29,876 nucleotides of DNA, taken from IMG/VR virus record IMGVR_UViG_3300043256_000073, positions 1 through 29,876 of that record, one strand, 5' to 3'. This document shows positions 1 through 8,512 of this stretch, in pieces (the stretch's first letter is position 1; every line of letters starts with the position of its first letter). The notes below the pieces were generated by a model. The model saw only the letters and a program-made list of their open reading frames with translations, made no database searches and was not told the origin of the DNA. This stretch comes from a virus. Taxonomy: Duplodnaviria > Caudoviricetes. Made by a program: the position numbers and the translations under genes.

Positions 1-1012
1 TATTAGTAAGATCAGCATAAGTAAATGTATCAGCTACAGTTGGGTTGAATAATAAAACCCATTCAATAAATTCACTCGCAGTTTGGATTTGAATTGCTGT
101 CCTTAGTATTCTAACAGTAGCTCCCAAATGAGTTGTTTTCAATCTAATTCCAACAATTGCATATAATGTATTCTCAGCTCCTGATACTACTGCTGCTCCT
201 GCTGTGCTTCGATAATGAATAATGCCAACATCTTCTGAACCTCCTTCACTGACAACTGCTACACAGATAATACGCATGGAGCATACACCTGAAGAAGCGG
301 TTGTTATAATCTGATAACGTAATGGCAGATTAGGTGTGCTAGACCAAGGAATCGTTAATAAATTAGCGACATTAACTTCGTGAATATAGTGAAGAATTCC
401 ACCAATTTCTAATCCAAATCTTACACGACCAGCCGAGAGCCATTGGAAATCAATAACAAATATCTGGGCCTTAGTGAAGTCAACAGTTTCTCCACTAGGA
501 CCAGTTCCATTCATAGGATCATCCCAATTTGCTTTAGTTACTGTAGTATCTACTACTGAACCAGAGTCACTAGTCCTAGTTGTGACACCAAATGTCCCTG
601 CGTTAGATTCAAAAAATGCTCCATTGTCATCATCAAAACAACCAACACGGCGTTCGCATCCTGTTTTAGTTCCACTTGCAAGCTCAAGAATACCTGTCAT
701 TAATATTAGTTGTGATTTTCCTGCTTGATAATGAAATCTACGAAATGTTTGGCGAGTGAATTTACCGGCTATAGTATTAGAGCTAACTAAATCAATATAA
801 GGTTTATCAGCAGTCGGTGTAGTTGCTGTAATCCCTGCTCCAGTCTCTAATTCCTCATCCCAGAATAAAGGAGCATCATCGGCTCCTAATAATTTAGACT
901 CAAATTCAGTAAAGGGATTTGATACTCTCCACCGACCAAAGGCATCAATACTGAATGAATTCTGAGCCTTAATACTAACTTTATCAGGAGGTAGAGTAGA
1001 ATCAATACTCAT
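1..1012 (-). CDS. Virion structural/appendage protein (DAFGRxRVSNP...YQxGKS family), runs off window start
   Basis: Absent from the ORF track because it has no stop in the window. ATG at 1012 overlaps the upstream TGA (ATGA). Hand translation MSIDSTLPPDKVSIKAQNSFSIDAFGRWRVSNPF...RFHYQAGKSQLILMTG...RRVGCFDDDNGAFF...IDFQWLSAGRVRFG...PNLPLRY stays open for >337 codons. The motif set resembles lectin-like phage structural proteins. Confidence 0.75.
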   Translation of the reverse strand, partial: MSIDSTLPPDKVSIKAQNSFSIDAFGRWRVSNPFTEFESKLLGADDAPLFWDEELETGAGITATTPTADKPYIDLVSSNTIAGKFTRQTFRRFHYQAGKSQLILMTGILELASGTKTGCERRVGCFDDDNGAFFESNAGTFGVTTRTSDSGSVVDTTVTKANWDDPMNGTGPSGETVDFTKAQIFVIDFQWLSAGRVRFGLEIGGILHYIHEVNVANLLTIPWSSTPNLPLRYQIITTASSGVCSMRIICVAVVSEGGSEDVGIIHYRSTAGAAVVSGAENTLYAIVGIRLKTTHLGATVRILRTAIQIQTASEFIEWVLLFNPTVADTFTYADLTN

Positions 1013-1338
1013 GTAATTTCTACTCCAAAGATATTGAAACTTAGTGTAGCCAAAGTTGCAAAAACACGAAATACATCTGTCGTTGCCATTGTCACGCCAA
1101 GAGTAAAGCTTTTGGTTTCATTACCTGCAATGGGAACGTCATACGAAATATACTGTTCATTACTATCAGCGGCACCTGCTACAGCAATTGACAAACGAAA
1201 TGAAGTAGCTGCTGCACTTCGATTTGTTACCGTAACCGAACTAACAATAGCTTCTGTTACAGACGGAACAGTATAAGCATCTGTTAAAGTTGCAGCAGAC
1301 GGATTAGATTGTCCCAATACCTTATGTGTTGAGGACAT
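1009..1338 (-). CDS. Small beta-sandwich tail-associated structural protein
   Basis: 109 aa, KVLGQSNPSAATLTDAYTVP...FNIFGVEIT. TAATG-coupled to the upstream gene and ATGA-coupled to the downstream gene. Confidence 0.7.
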   Translation of the reverse strand: MSSTHKVLGQSNPSAATLTDAYTVPSVTEAIVSSVTVTNRSAAATSFRLSIAVAGAADSNEQYISYDVPIAGNETKSFTLGVTMATTDVFRVFATLATLSFNIFGVEIT

Positions 1339-1577
1339 TATCCACCCATAAGCAAGAAAACATGAATTTGTTCATTAATTGTTTCTGTGTTAATAATTAC
1401 AGTATCTTCTAAATCAGCGATCTGTTTACTGAATATCTTCTTGAGTTTTCCAGTTCCATCTAAGAAATCAATGATAGTTTGGTATAAGAGATAGCTTTCA
1501 ATTTGCTTACGCGCACCTGTAAAGGTAGCTTTTAATCGTGCAAAATCCGGTAAATTCTCAGATGGTTGAAATGGCAT
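1338..1577 (-). CDS. Short helical tail-fibre anchor-like protein ending in FLLMGG
   Basis: 79 aa, directly after the nozzle C-terminal piece. Amphipathic helix. TAATG coupling on both sides. Confidence 0.6.
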   Translation of the reverse strand: MPFQPSENLPDFARLKATFTGARKQIESYLLYQTIIDFLDGTGKLKKIFSKQIADLEDTVIINTETINEQIHVFLLMGG

Positions 1578-1912
1578 TACGCTGGCACCATAGTAAAGAC
1601 AGGCTTAGCATAGAGTGTAATTCTATTAACTCTGAATATTTCATCTATTGCATTAGTACTAATTTGAAGATGAGCGCGTTGCTCAATAAAATTTGCCAAT
1701 CTAAATGGACTAAGACGATTAGTAGCTGCCAGTGTAAAGGGAACTAAAACCTGAGTATTGACACTATCTGGACTTATTAGTGATAGTAATAGACTACCAG
1801 ATCCAACTACACGTATTCTAGTACCAGTGAAATGAATTTGAGTTTCATCTGCACCCTTTTTAGGTCTGGCCGTGCCACTTTCACCAATTAAAGCCGTTCT
1901 AATAAAAGGCAT
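1577..1912 (-). CDS. Putative stand-alone C-terminal beta-domain of the tail nozzle/stabilisation protein
   Basis: 111 aa of alternating beta-strands (PFIRTALIG, HFTGTRIRVVGSG, QRAHLQIST, FRVNRITLYAKP), the pattern expected at the end of gp10-type proteins. TAATG coupled. Confidence 0.55.
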   Translation of the reverse strand: MPFIRTALIGESGTARPKKGADETQIHFTGTRIRVVGSGSLLLSLISPDSVNTQVLVPFTLAATNRLSPFRLANFIEQRAHLQISTNAIDEIFRVNRITLYAKPVFTMVPA

Positions 1913-2058
1913 TATTCACACATTAATTCATTATAGGCATTACTAACATCTGCATTATTTATATAGACTAACAGAATTTCAGCTGCTTTTTTACTCCTAA
2001 GTTCAGGAGGTAAAACTTTTATCTGATTCAATATTCCTACTAGACTAAATAAATCCAT
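1912..2058 (-). CDS. 48 aa hypothetical protein (below ORF-track cutoff)
   Basis: Strong SD GGGAGG 5 nt before ATG. MDLFSLVGILNQIKVLPPELRSKKAAEILLVYINNADVSNAYNELMCE*. Its TAA overlaps the next ATG. Confidence 0.7.
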   Translation of the reverse strand: MDLFSLVGILNQIKVLPPELRSKKAAEILLVYINNADVSNAYNELMCE

Positions 2059-2069
2059 AATTTCCTCCC

Positions 2070-2363
2070 TTAAGGAATCTTTACATCTACCGTAACTTCA
2101 GGATCAAAGGATACCCAAAGAGTATCATTAGTTTTGTTAGGCTCAACGATATATAGGCCGCCTCCAAAGTTAAGAGGATTAGATGGTGTAAATGTTGGAC
2201 AATCACCAGTAGTAATAAACTCAATTACCATTTGTGATACGCGAACATCTACACTATCATTTTGCTGTATTGCCTCCGTTACTAATTGTGTAACTCTTAC
2301 ATCTACATCACTATTCTGTTGAATAGCTTCAAATACATCCTGAGTAACACGAACATCAGTCAT
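2070..2363 (-). CDS. Repeat/adaptor protein: three DVRV[TS]Q repeats plus nozzle-like C-terminal segment
   Basis: 97 aa: DVRVTQDVFEAIQQNSDV / DVRVTQLVTEAIQQNDSV / DVRVSQMVIEFI, then a Pro linker and GGLYIVEPNKTNDTLW...DVKIP. Confidence 0.7.
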   Translation of the reverse strand: MTDVRVTQDVFEAIQQNSDVDVRVTQLVTEAIQQNDSVDVRVSQMVIEFITTGDCPTFTPSNPLNFGGGLYIVEPNKTNDTLWVSFDPEVTVDVKIP

Positions 2364-3449
2364 TTACGCAAAATCCTGAAGTCCGAACTCAGCAGCATTA
2401 ACTAGTCCTACAGTCCAAGCAGTAGCTCCTATTCCGTTAAACACCTCCCAACGATACTCATATTGTGAAGCCGGAACTGCTTGAGCTGTTCCAAGTGTAT
2501 CAGCACCAGCAGATCGTAACATAGGTTTAATCTGACGAGTATTCGAATTATCAGATTTCTTTACCATTGGAAGAATATTAACAGCAAAAACATCTCCTGA
2601 AGCTAGGGCAATATCAGGAAATGAATATGTATCTTCCTTAGTAGGAGCAGATGATGAATTATAAGTTGTATCATCATCAGGAGGATTTTCATCTACCATT
2701 GCTCCATGATCTGCTCCTGATAGGGGTGTAAAATCTTTATGGAAACCTCCTCCAGATACAGAATCTAACTCGGCTAATTGTGCTGAGACATGTAATGGTC
2801 CTAATCGAGTATTGTTAGGTTTACCGGCAACTCCAGAATCTATTCCATTACCAAAAACTACATCATCAATTCGAGAATCTCCATTGTGTTGAATGATAAT
2901 CTGAGTATAGGGGCCACTTGTACCGAAAGAGGGATTGGCACGTGTATCCTGTCCAGTTTGTTTTGCAATAACTTCAACTCCATCCACCCATGCCTGAAAA
3001 GTTCCAGCAGAGGGATCTATTAAAACTTCCCACTCAAACGAAAACCATTGACCAGATGAAAATACTCCGGCTGCGGATTGTCCTAACCTAATTCCTAGAA
3101 CTTCATTTGGTCCACTCCATATCTCAATAGAACCATCCATTTTGAATACGAAGAAAGTTTGGTTGATTCCACCAGCTTCACGAAAAGCAATATCATCATT
3201 ACCATCTTGAATAGGACTAGAATCAATACGAATAGCTACATGACCCCAAGTAAATTGATCAGCAGTAACTAATCCTACTGCTGGTCCACGACCTGTAATT
3301 GTGGTATTACGATAAGCAGTAGTACCGCATCTTCCACCTCCTGCTACTAAAGATGCACCTGCTGGGCCTTCATCAGTCCATACACCTTGAGCTAGAAGTG
3401 AAACATCAGTTCCATACTTATCAAAAGACTCACTGAAAATGATAGACAT
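2364..3449 (-). CDS. Putative adhesin/receptor-binding appendage protein (LamG/ConA-like beta domain plus second beta domain)
   Basis: 361 aa, G/D/S/T-rich. GQWFSFEWEV, FQAWVDG and IDDVVFG are LamG-like strands. SD AGGAG upstream. Confidence 0.6.
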   Translation of the reverse strand: MSIIFSESFDKYGTDVSLLAQGVWTDEGPAGASLVAGGGRCGTTAYRNTTITGRGPAVGLVTADQFTWGHVAIRIDSSPIQDGNDDIAFREAGGINQTFFVFKMDGSIEIWSGPNEVLGIRLGQSAAGVFSSGQWFSFEWEVLIDPSAGTFQAWVDGVEVIAKQTGQDTRANPSFGTSGPYTQIIIQHNGDSRIDDVVFGNGIDSGVAGKPNNTRLGPLHVSAQLAELDSVSGGGFHKDFTPLSGADHGAMVDENPPDDDTTYNSSSAPTKEDTYSFPDIALASGDVFAVNILPMVKKSDNSNTRQIKPMLRSAGADTLGTAQAVPASQYEYRWEVFNGIGATAWTVGLVNAAEFGLQDFA

Positions 3450-3457
3450 TCTTACTC

Positions 3458-4987
3458 CTATGTGAACAACTTCTCCGATCCAATAACAAGTCTATTAGTC
3501 TCAATCAATGCAATAGTAGAAACTTCTGTATCGAATCTCCACGGACCCCATCGAACATCTTTAGGATTTAGGCCGCGTGAATAATTAGCAGTCAACATAG
3601 TCTTATCAGGTAATGTGAGATAAAAAACCTGATCGATAGTATCATTCATTATTTGAATTAGATTAAATTTATCCCTATCCAATGCCAGCCAACGATCTTG
3701 AATCTTATATGACAATTCCGGTCTACTATAAGCTCCATTGAACATCATTATACCCGAAAAATCTGCGATAAGGAGCATCTCTATGTTGACACCACCTGAA
3801 TCTAATACCTCACCAATTCCATGAACGGGTGCGCCAACACCTTGATCAATTACAGTAGGACCAGCCCAAGTAGCAGGAGCATCACCATTATCTACAGATG
3901 CCCATGTGCGCGTTTGTTTGAACATATAGAGAACATCACGATATTCTTGAACTTCTGTAACTGGTAATCCATCAAGAGGAACTATGATTAATCCATCTAC
4001 TTGTGATATAGCTTCTGGTTCACCTGGATGGCTGATGCGAACTAATGATATATCAGTAAAGAAGCAGGATGTAACTAATCTACTATTGTAAGTTGTTAAC
4101 CCAACACCCGCAGGAATCTCAGTAAAATTATCAATGAGATGTGACGCATCTGTTAGAAGATCAATATCATAAGCACTAATGGAAATAGTAGTAGTCGTAT
4201 TATCATTAATTTTACCGTTGGGAACAAAGAAGAATTGAAATCCATCTTGGTCCCCATTATAATCAATGATTGCTTTAGTAGCTATAATGTGACGCGCGAC
4301 TACTGTGGAACCACCAGTTAGAATACCTGTTAAATCAAGTTCATTTGTAGTGCTCAGAACTGTAAATCCGGTAAAAGTTTCTGGACCAGGAGCAGTTAAA
4401 AATCCTGTATCAGTTTCAAATATAACTGCAAATAAGTGGAAGCCTAACTCATAAAATCCTGCTCCACCTTGCGCGACTCCTATTGATGCACCAGTAGGGG
4501 GACTACCAGCAGCTTTTCTAGCCACAACCCCAGCACCTAGATAGACATATAAAGCTTCGCCAGATATACCTCTTTGTCTAGTCTTATTATCAGAATCCAG
4601 GAAATTCTCGAATGGATTAATATAAGCTCTACCTGCTATTGCTACAAATCCGAAATCGTCCATAGCAGGAATAGTTAGAATGGGACCAAATACTGTTTGA
4701 GAACCATCCAACAGAGCATGAAAAATTTGTCCATTCTTGTTTAAAATGATTAAGGATTCCGCATCTTGCATCTTATAATTATACATACGAACGATATCAC
4801 CTACACCGGGAATAAAAGTATCAAGTCCATCCCGAGTTTTGAATCCACTTTCAATATATTGAACATTATCACAATCATCAAAATGATCTATGGGCACGGC
4901 CTCTTCTCCACCGCGATCCCATAGACCATTAAACTCCTCTATCACTATAGGAGGATGATCCCGAAGAGTCCTATTTTGGATAGTCAT
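3458..4987 (-). CDS. Tail nozzle / head-stabilisation protein (P22 gp10-like beta-propeller), apparently C-terminally incomplete
   Basis: 509 aa with N-terminal F-N-G-L...N-V...G-F-K-T-R-D-G pattern, propeller-like blades (YNSRLV, RISHPGEPE, LYMFKQTRTW, DQGVGA, ELSYKIQ) and an internal ubiquitin-activating-like/Ig insert. Located downstream of the adaptor. Confidence 0.7.
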   Translation of the reverse strand: MTIQNRTLRDHPPIVIEEFNGLWDRGGEEAVPIDHFDDCDNVQYIESGFKTRDGLDTFIPGVGDIVRMYNYKMQDAESLIILNKNGQIFHALLDGSQTVFGPILTIPAMDDFGFVAIAGRAYINPFENFLDSDNKTRQRGISGEALYVYLGAGVVARKAAGSPPTGASIGVAQGGAGFYELGFHLFAVIFETDTGFLTAPGPETFTGFTVLSTTNELDLTGILTGGSTVVARHIIATKAIIDYNGDQDGFQFFFVPNGKINDNTTTTISISAYDIDLLTDASHLIDNFTEIPAGVGLTTYNSRLVTSCFFTDISLVRISHPGEPEAISQVDGLIIVPLDGLPVTEVQEYRDVLYMFKQTRTWASVDNGDAPATWAGPTVIDQGVGAPVHGIGEVLDSGGVNIEMLLIADFSGIMMFNGAYSRPELSYKIQDRWLALDRDKFNLIQIMNDTIDQVFYLTLPDKTMLTANYSRGLNPKDVRWGPWRFDTEVSTIALIETNRLVIGSEKLFT

Positions 4988-5196
4988 TTTGCTGAAATTG
5001 GACCAATTTCGACTTTATCAATAAATTTATGTTTTATCATATTCATTATAAGTTCCGAAAATGCATCGTCAAATTCACCTTCCTCTTCCAATTGCTTTAA
5101 TTTATTAAAATCTACACTATCCGAAAAGTATATAAACATATTGTATGCTTTTACAGCACCCTTACGACTCTTTACTTCTTCATCAAATGTTAGCAT
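4984..5196 (-). CDS. Small acidic hypothetical protein (paralog of 6265-6495)
   Basis: ATG at 5196 has AAGGA upstream (the track uses TTG 5214). ATGA overlap with the nozzle start. Confidence 0.65.
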   Translation of the reverse strand: MLTFDEEVKSRKGAVKAYNMFIYFSDSVDFNKLKQLEEEGEFDDAFSELIMNMIKHKFIDKVEIGPISAK

Positions 5197-5291
5197 AAAT
5201 CTTTTTCCTTGCAATTATGGGAGATATTAATTGCGCCTCTCCCCAGGAACTCTACGACCCCGGCGCGTTTCTCAACTAAGGAAGTTTCCTT

Positions 5292-6194
5292 CTAACTAGG
5301 TCTCGCGGTACTCCATCCTGCTTCAGTAGCATTTGCTACCCAACGAATACCAGCAGCAATTTTGAGATCAGCAGAAGCATTAGTAGCAAGGGCGAATCGG
5401 CATCCAGAAATAATACCATCATCACCTACTCTATCTACCTTGATATAATCAGTAGGATTTGTTGCTCCTTCCACATTGTCAAATACACTATCTGTCAATT
5501 CAAGATTCAGAACCCCACCACCATTAGCTGAATCGCCTACACCGACAACTGTAAAGTTATGGGATAAACAATCCTTAACTTCCATCTGCGTGCAGAAACC
5601 ACCTAAAGAACGACCAAACAGGAGAGCAGAACCACAGAACTTAAACTCACAATCACGTATCTTCAAGAATGAGCTAGATTCTGCTAAAGTTGCGCCTGCT
5701 GCTTCATCATCTATCAAAACACAAGTTCCATCTGGACCTTCAAAAGCACATCCCTGTGCTCTGAATCCTTCAACACCCCATACATTCAAAGCATAATCAG
5801 CAGATGAACCACCACCAATACCAAAATTGATCAGTGTAGTATAATTTGCTCTTACTTGCAGTCCATTATCACTAGCTACACCAGTATTGAGCCACATATC
5901 ACCACGAGCACCAGCACCAATAAGAGTAACCTCCTTGAGCGGTGTAATTCCATCAGGTTCTAATGCAGGAATAACCAAACTAGCCTCGCTATGTGTTTGA
6001 GGAGCACACATAACCACATCACCACTAATGAGTCTAGCTAAAGCTGCGGCAATAGTATCAATTCTCTTAGCACTTCTTGGTGCATTAGCTCCTATCCAAT
6101 AGAAGTTTCTAGTAAATCCATATGGAGTAGTTGTTCCTGACAGAATTCCTGACTCGCTAGCACGATGAACTTCTGTCCAAAGATTGCTTCCCAT
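5292..6194 (-). CDS. Right-handed beta-helix (pectin-lyase-like) virion protein
   Basis: 300 aa. TIAAAL..L.SGDVV...P..H.E and VTLIGAG N-cap followed by repeating I.DC.F / V.DC / L.DSVF / ISGCRF rungs. SD GAGGTG. Confidence 0.7.
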   Translation of the reverse strand: MGSNLWTEVHRASESGILSGTTTPYGFTRNFYWIGANAPRSAKRIDTIAAALARLISGDVVMCAPQTHSEASLVIPALEPDGITPLKEVTLIGAGARGDMWLNTGVASDNGLQVRANYTTLINFGIGGGSSADYALNVWGVEGFRAQGCAFEGPDGTCVLIDDEAAGATLAESSSFLKIRDCEFKFCGSALLFGRSLGGFCTQMEVKDCLSHNFTVVGVGDSANGGGVLNLELTDSVFDNVEGATNPTDYIKVDRVGDDGIISGCRFALATNASADLKIAAGIRWVANATEAGWSTARPS

Positions 6195-6264
6195 TGTAAC
6201 ACCTCACCCTTCTTACTGAGCGTGACCAACATCATTGCCAGTCACAAGGTATTATACATAACCC

Positions 6265-6495
6265 CTACGATTTATCACCAGAAGTTTCGCTCGACAAACT
6301 TGTTACAATATCTTCGTTAGATGTTTCAAACGGAGCAACTTCTACTTTTTCGATGAACTCATTTTCCTTCAATTCTGATATTAAATTGACAAATATACTT
6401 TCAATTTTATTCTTTTCCTCCAGCATAATTCTTTGACGATCATCTCTACTAAATTCTACGAACACGTTATAAACCTTAGTCATAACTGATCTCAC
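6265..6495 (-). CDS. Small acidic hypothetical protein (paralog of 4984-5196)
   Basis: 76 aa from a GTG overlapping the upstream TAG (alternative ATG 6483). KVYNVFVEFS...FIEKVEVAP. Confidence 0.65.
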   Translation of the reverse strand: MRSVMTKVYNVFVEFSRDDRQRIMLEEKNKIESIFVNLISELKENEFIEKVEVAPFETSNEDIVTSLSSETSGDKS

Positions 6496-7184
6496 TATAC
6501 GTAACCCCTACGCTTCCATCTTGCCATAAACGGTTGACGACGTGTAGTAATAGCTTGCCTCCCTTTAATTGGTATTCCTAGTGTACGATCTAATGCTCTC
6601 TCTGCTCTAGCATCTAGTGTATCCGCGCGAACTTCATTCTCTCCAATAAACAATGAACATAGAGCAGCAGTTCTAAATCCCAGGAATTGCTTAATATTAA
6701 TAGTGGTGAGATTAGTATTAATTCCACCTATAACAATAGGAGTTGCAAAGATGGATTTGATATAGTCAATTTTTATATCAATAGCTGCTGTAGCTGCAAT
6801 TAACCTTATCTCTTGATCTATCCATGCCCAGATTAAAAACTGAGTAATCTGCTGATCTTCCTGTGATTTAGGAATAAACTCTTTCCTAGTCATAGGAATA
6901 TATGGTATAACTCCTGAAAAACGCTCCCATAAACGCTGAATCTCAACAAGATTAGCTGGTAATGCTGGAGTAGAAGTAAATGATACTACTGTAATTCCAG
7001 CAGCTAGAGTAATCTGTGCCGATTCTTCATTAGTTACAGGAATGTTATTTAATTCAAATAATTCCTGCAATTCATTCAACGCCATATTTAAGTATGGAAG
7101 TTGCGCCTCATCAGTATATGTTGTCTGAGCAGTATCATTCATCAACGACGCAGACATATCCATGATTTCAGCAGGAGTAGGCAT
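6495..7184 (-). CDS. Head-to-tail adaptor protein (P22 gp4/T7 gp11-like)
   Basis: 229 aa. N-terminal helices T.AEI...SLMND...YLNMALNEL, LPANL, Y..., C-terminal helix. Located between capsid and nozzle. Confidence 0.7.
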   Translation of the reverse strand: MPTPAEIMDMSASLMNDTAQTTYTDEAQLPYLNMALNELQELFELNNIPVTNEESAQITLAAGITVVSFTSTPALPANLVEIQRLWERFSGVIPYIPMTRKEFIPKSQEDQQITQFLIWAWIDQEIRLIAATAAIDIKIDYIKSIFATPIVIGGINTNLTTINIKQFLGFRTAALCSLFIGENEVRADTLDARAERALDRTLGIPIKGRQAITTRRQPFMARWKRRGYV

Positions 7185-7186
7185 AT

Positions 7187-7879
7187 CTAACTCGCAGAAG
7201 TAAATTCTAATCTCTCATATGCTGCTTTGTCAATAACAGTCTTACAATGCTGACAGACAGGATAATTCTCATCCCGTAACTGACCACATGCAGGGCAGTT
7301 ATTCAATTGCATCGTAGCGAAATCCTTTAACCAAGGTTTATCACTTAAATTCAATTCTCCTGCCGCGATTCTAGTGTTATCATCAATAGATAACGGATTC
7401 CCTGAGCTTCTAGCCCACAAAATGTCACCAGCTTTTACAAGAGCCTTAAACCATTTAGTTTGCTTGTCAACTGCTGCATCTAACTGAGGCTGATAATCAC
7501 TCAGAACTTCAGCTTGAGTACGTTCACCAGGAATATAGAAAAGACCTGGCATTACATCACCCATATTGCAACAAAATAATCCATTACAATAATCTATTAC
7601 AATAGAATTCGCCACTACAATAGATGAGTGAGGAATTTCAAGTAACGGTTGATCTGGATCTATATCCTTCCACCAACTACTAGGAGTAACAACTAAGATA
7701 GCAGGATTATCATATCTTCCAGCAGGAATTACAAATTTTCCTGGTTGGAGAGTAGGTTTAACTTCAATAATTTCCTTTGGAAGTATGGAAACTACAGTAG
7801 ACTTATCCAAAGGATTTACAGGAGCTTTAATAGTTCTACGATCATGAGTTCCTAATCCCGGAAAATTACCTACAGCCAT
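7187..7879 (-). CDS. Hypothetical protein with C-terminal zinc ribbon
   Basis: 230 aa, CPACG...CQHC near the C-terminus. Confidence 0.7.
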   Translation of the reverse strand: MAVGNFPGLGTHDRRTIKAPVNPLDKSTVVSILPKEIIEVKPTLQPGKFVIPAGRYDNPAILVVTPSSWWKDIDPDQPLLEIPHSSIVVANSIVIDYCNGLFCCNMGDVMPGLFYIPGERTQAEVLSDYQPQLDAAVDKQTKWFKALVKAGDILWARSSGNPLSIDDNTRIAAGELNLSDKPWLKDFATMQLNNCPACGQLRDENYPVCQHCKTVIDKAAYERLEFTSAS

Positions 7880-7882
7880 GAT

Positions 7883-8512
7883 CTAATTCTCACTTTCTGG
7901 ACTGGCAATTTTTGAGGGGCCAGTATTACCCTTTAATTTACTAGTTGTAAATCCAGTACCTTGTCTATATGCAAGAGCATCACCAATATCTGTTTCATTA
8001 CCATATAAATCTTCTTCTAGTTCTTTCAACTTTGCTTCTTTCAATTCCGATGCAATTTTGGGATCAGACATAGGATCTTTATAAAATGGTCCCTGTCCCT
8101 GGGCTCCAGTTTTTCTATGAACTTCCTCAATCACTAATCTAACAGCAGACCAAATAGGAATTAAAGGAATTCTATTATGATGGGGAAAGGGATAAATGAG
8201 TTCATATGAAAGTTTAGTTTCTGGTAACTCTTGGGTATTAATAGAGGGTATTGGAATTAAAGCTTCCAAACACCATTTCTCCTCTACCCATTGTCTATAC
8301 TTAGGAGCCTCTCTTACTCCAGAGAATCGACGAATGAGTAATCCTTCTGGAGTTCTATCCTCATACTCGCCGTATCTTTGTTCAAACTGATCTTCAGACC
8401 ACACTACTCTCCAATTAGGTAGATTAGTACTATTATCTCTACCATAATGGTTGATTAAGTTCCTATTGAGAGTATCTACTTCTACTGGAATATCTCTCAT
8501 TTCTACAGCCAA
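7883..8512 (-). CDS. Hypothetical protein (head module)
   Basis: 209 aa from TTG 8512 (alternative ATG 8500). Aromatic-rich globular N-terminal part. Confidence 0.7.
   Translation of the reverse strand: MAVEMRDIPVEVDTLNRNLINHYGRDNSTNLPNWRVVWSEDQFEQRYGEYEDRTPEGLLIRRFSGVREAPKYRQWVEEKWCLEALIPIPSINTQELPETKLSYELIYPFPHHNRIPLIPIWSAVRLVIEEVHRKTGAQGQGPFYKDPMSDPKIASELKEAKLKELEEDLYGNETDIGDALAYRQGTGFTTSKLKGNTGPSKIASPESEN

Noticed and set aside
1913-2069. Self-splicing intron interrupting the nozzle fragments
   Set aside because: Only ~160 nt, almost fully occupied by an ORF with an SD, and no group I/II core visible.
3450-3460. Stop-codon reassignment as the explanation for fragmented genes
   Set aside because: TAG at 3458 is followed by an in-frame TAA two codons later. 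TAA, TAG and TGA all end well-supported genes, and long genes are intact in code 11.
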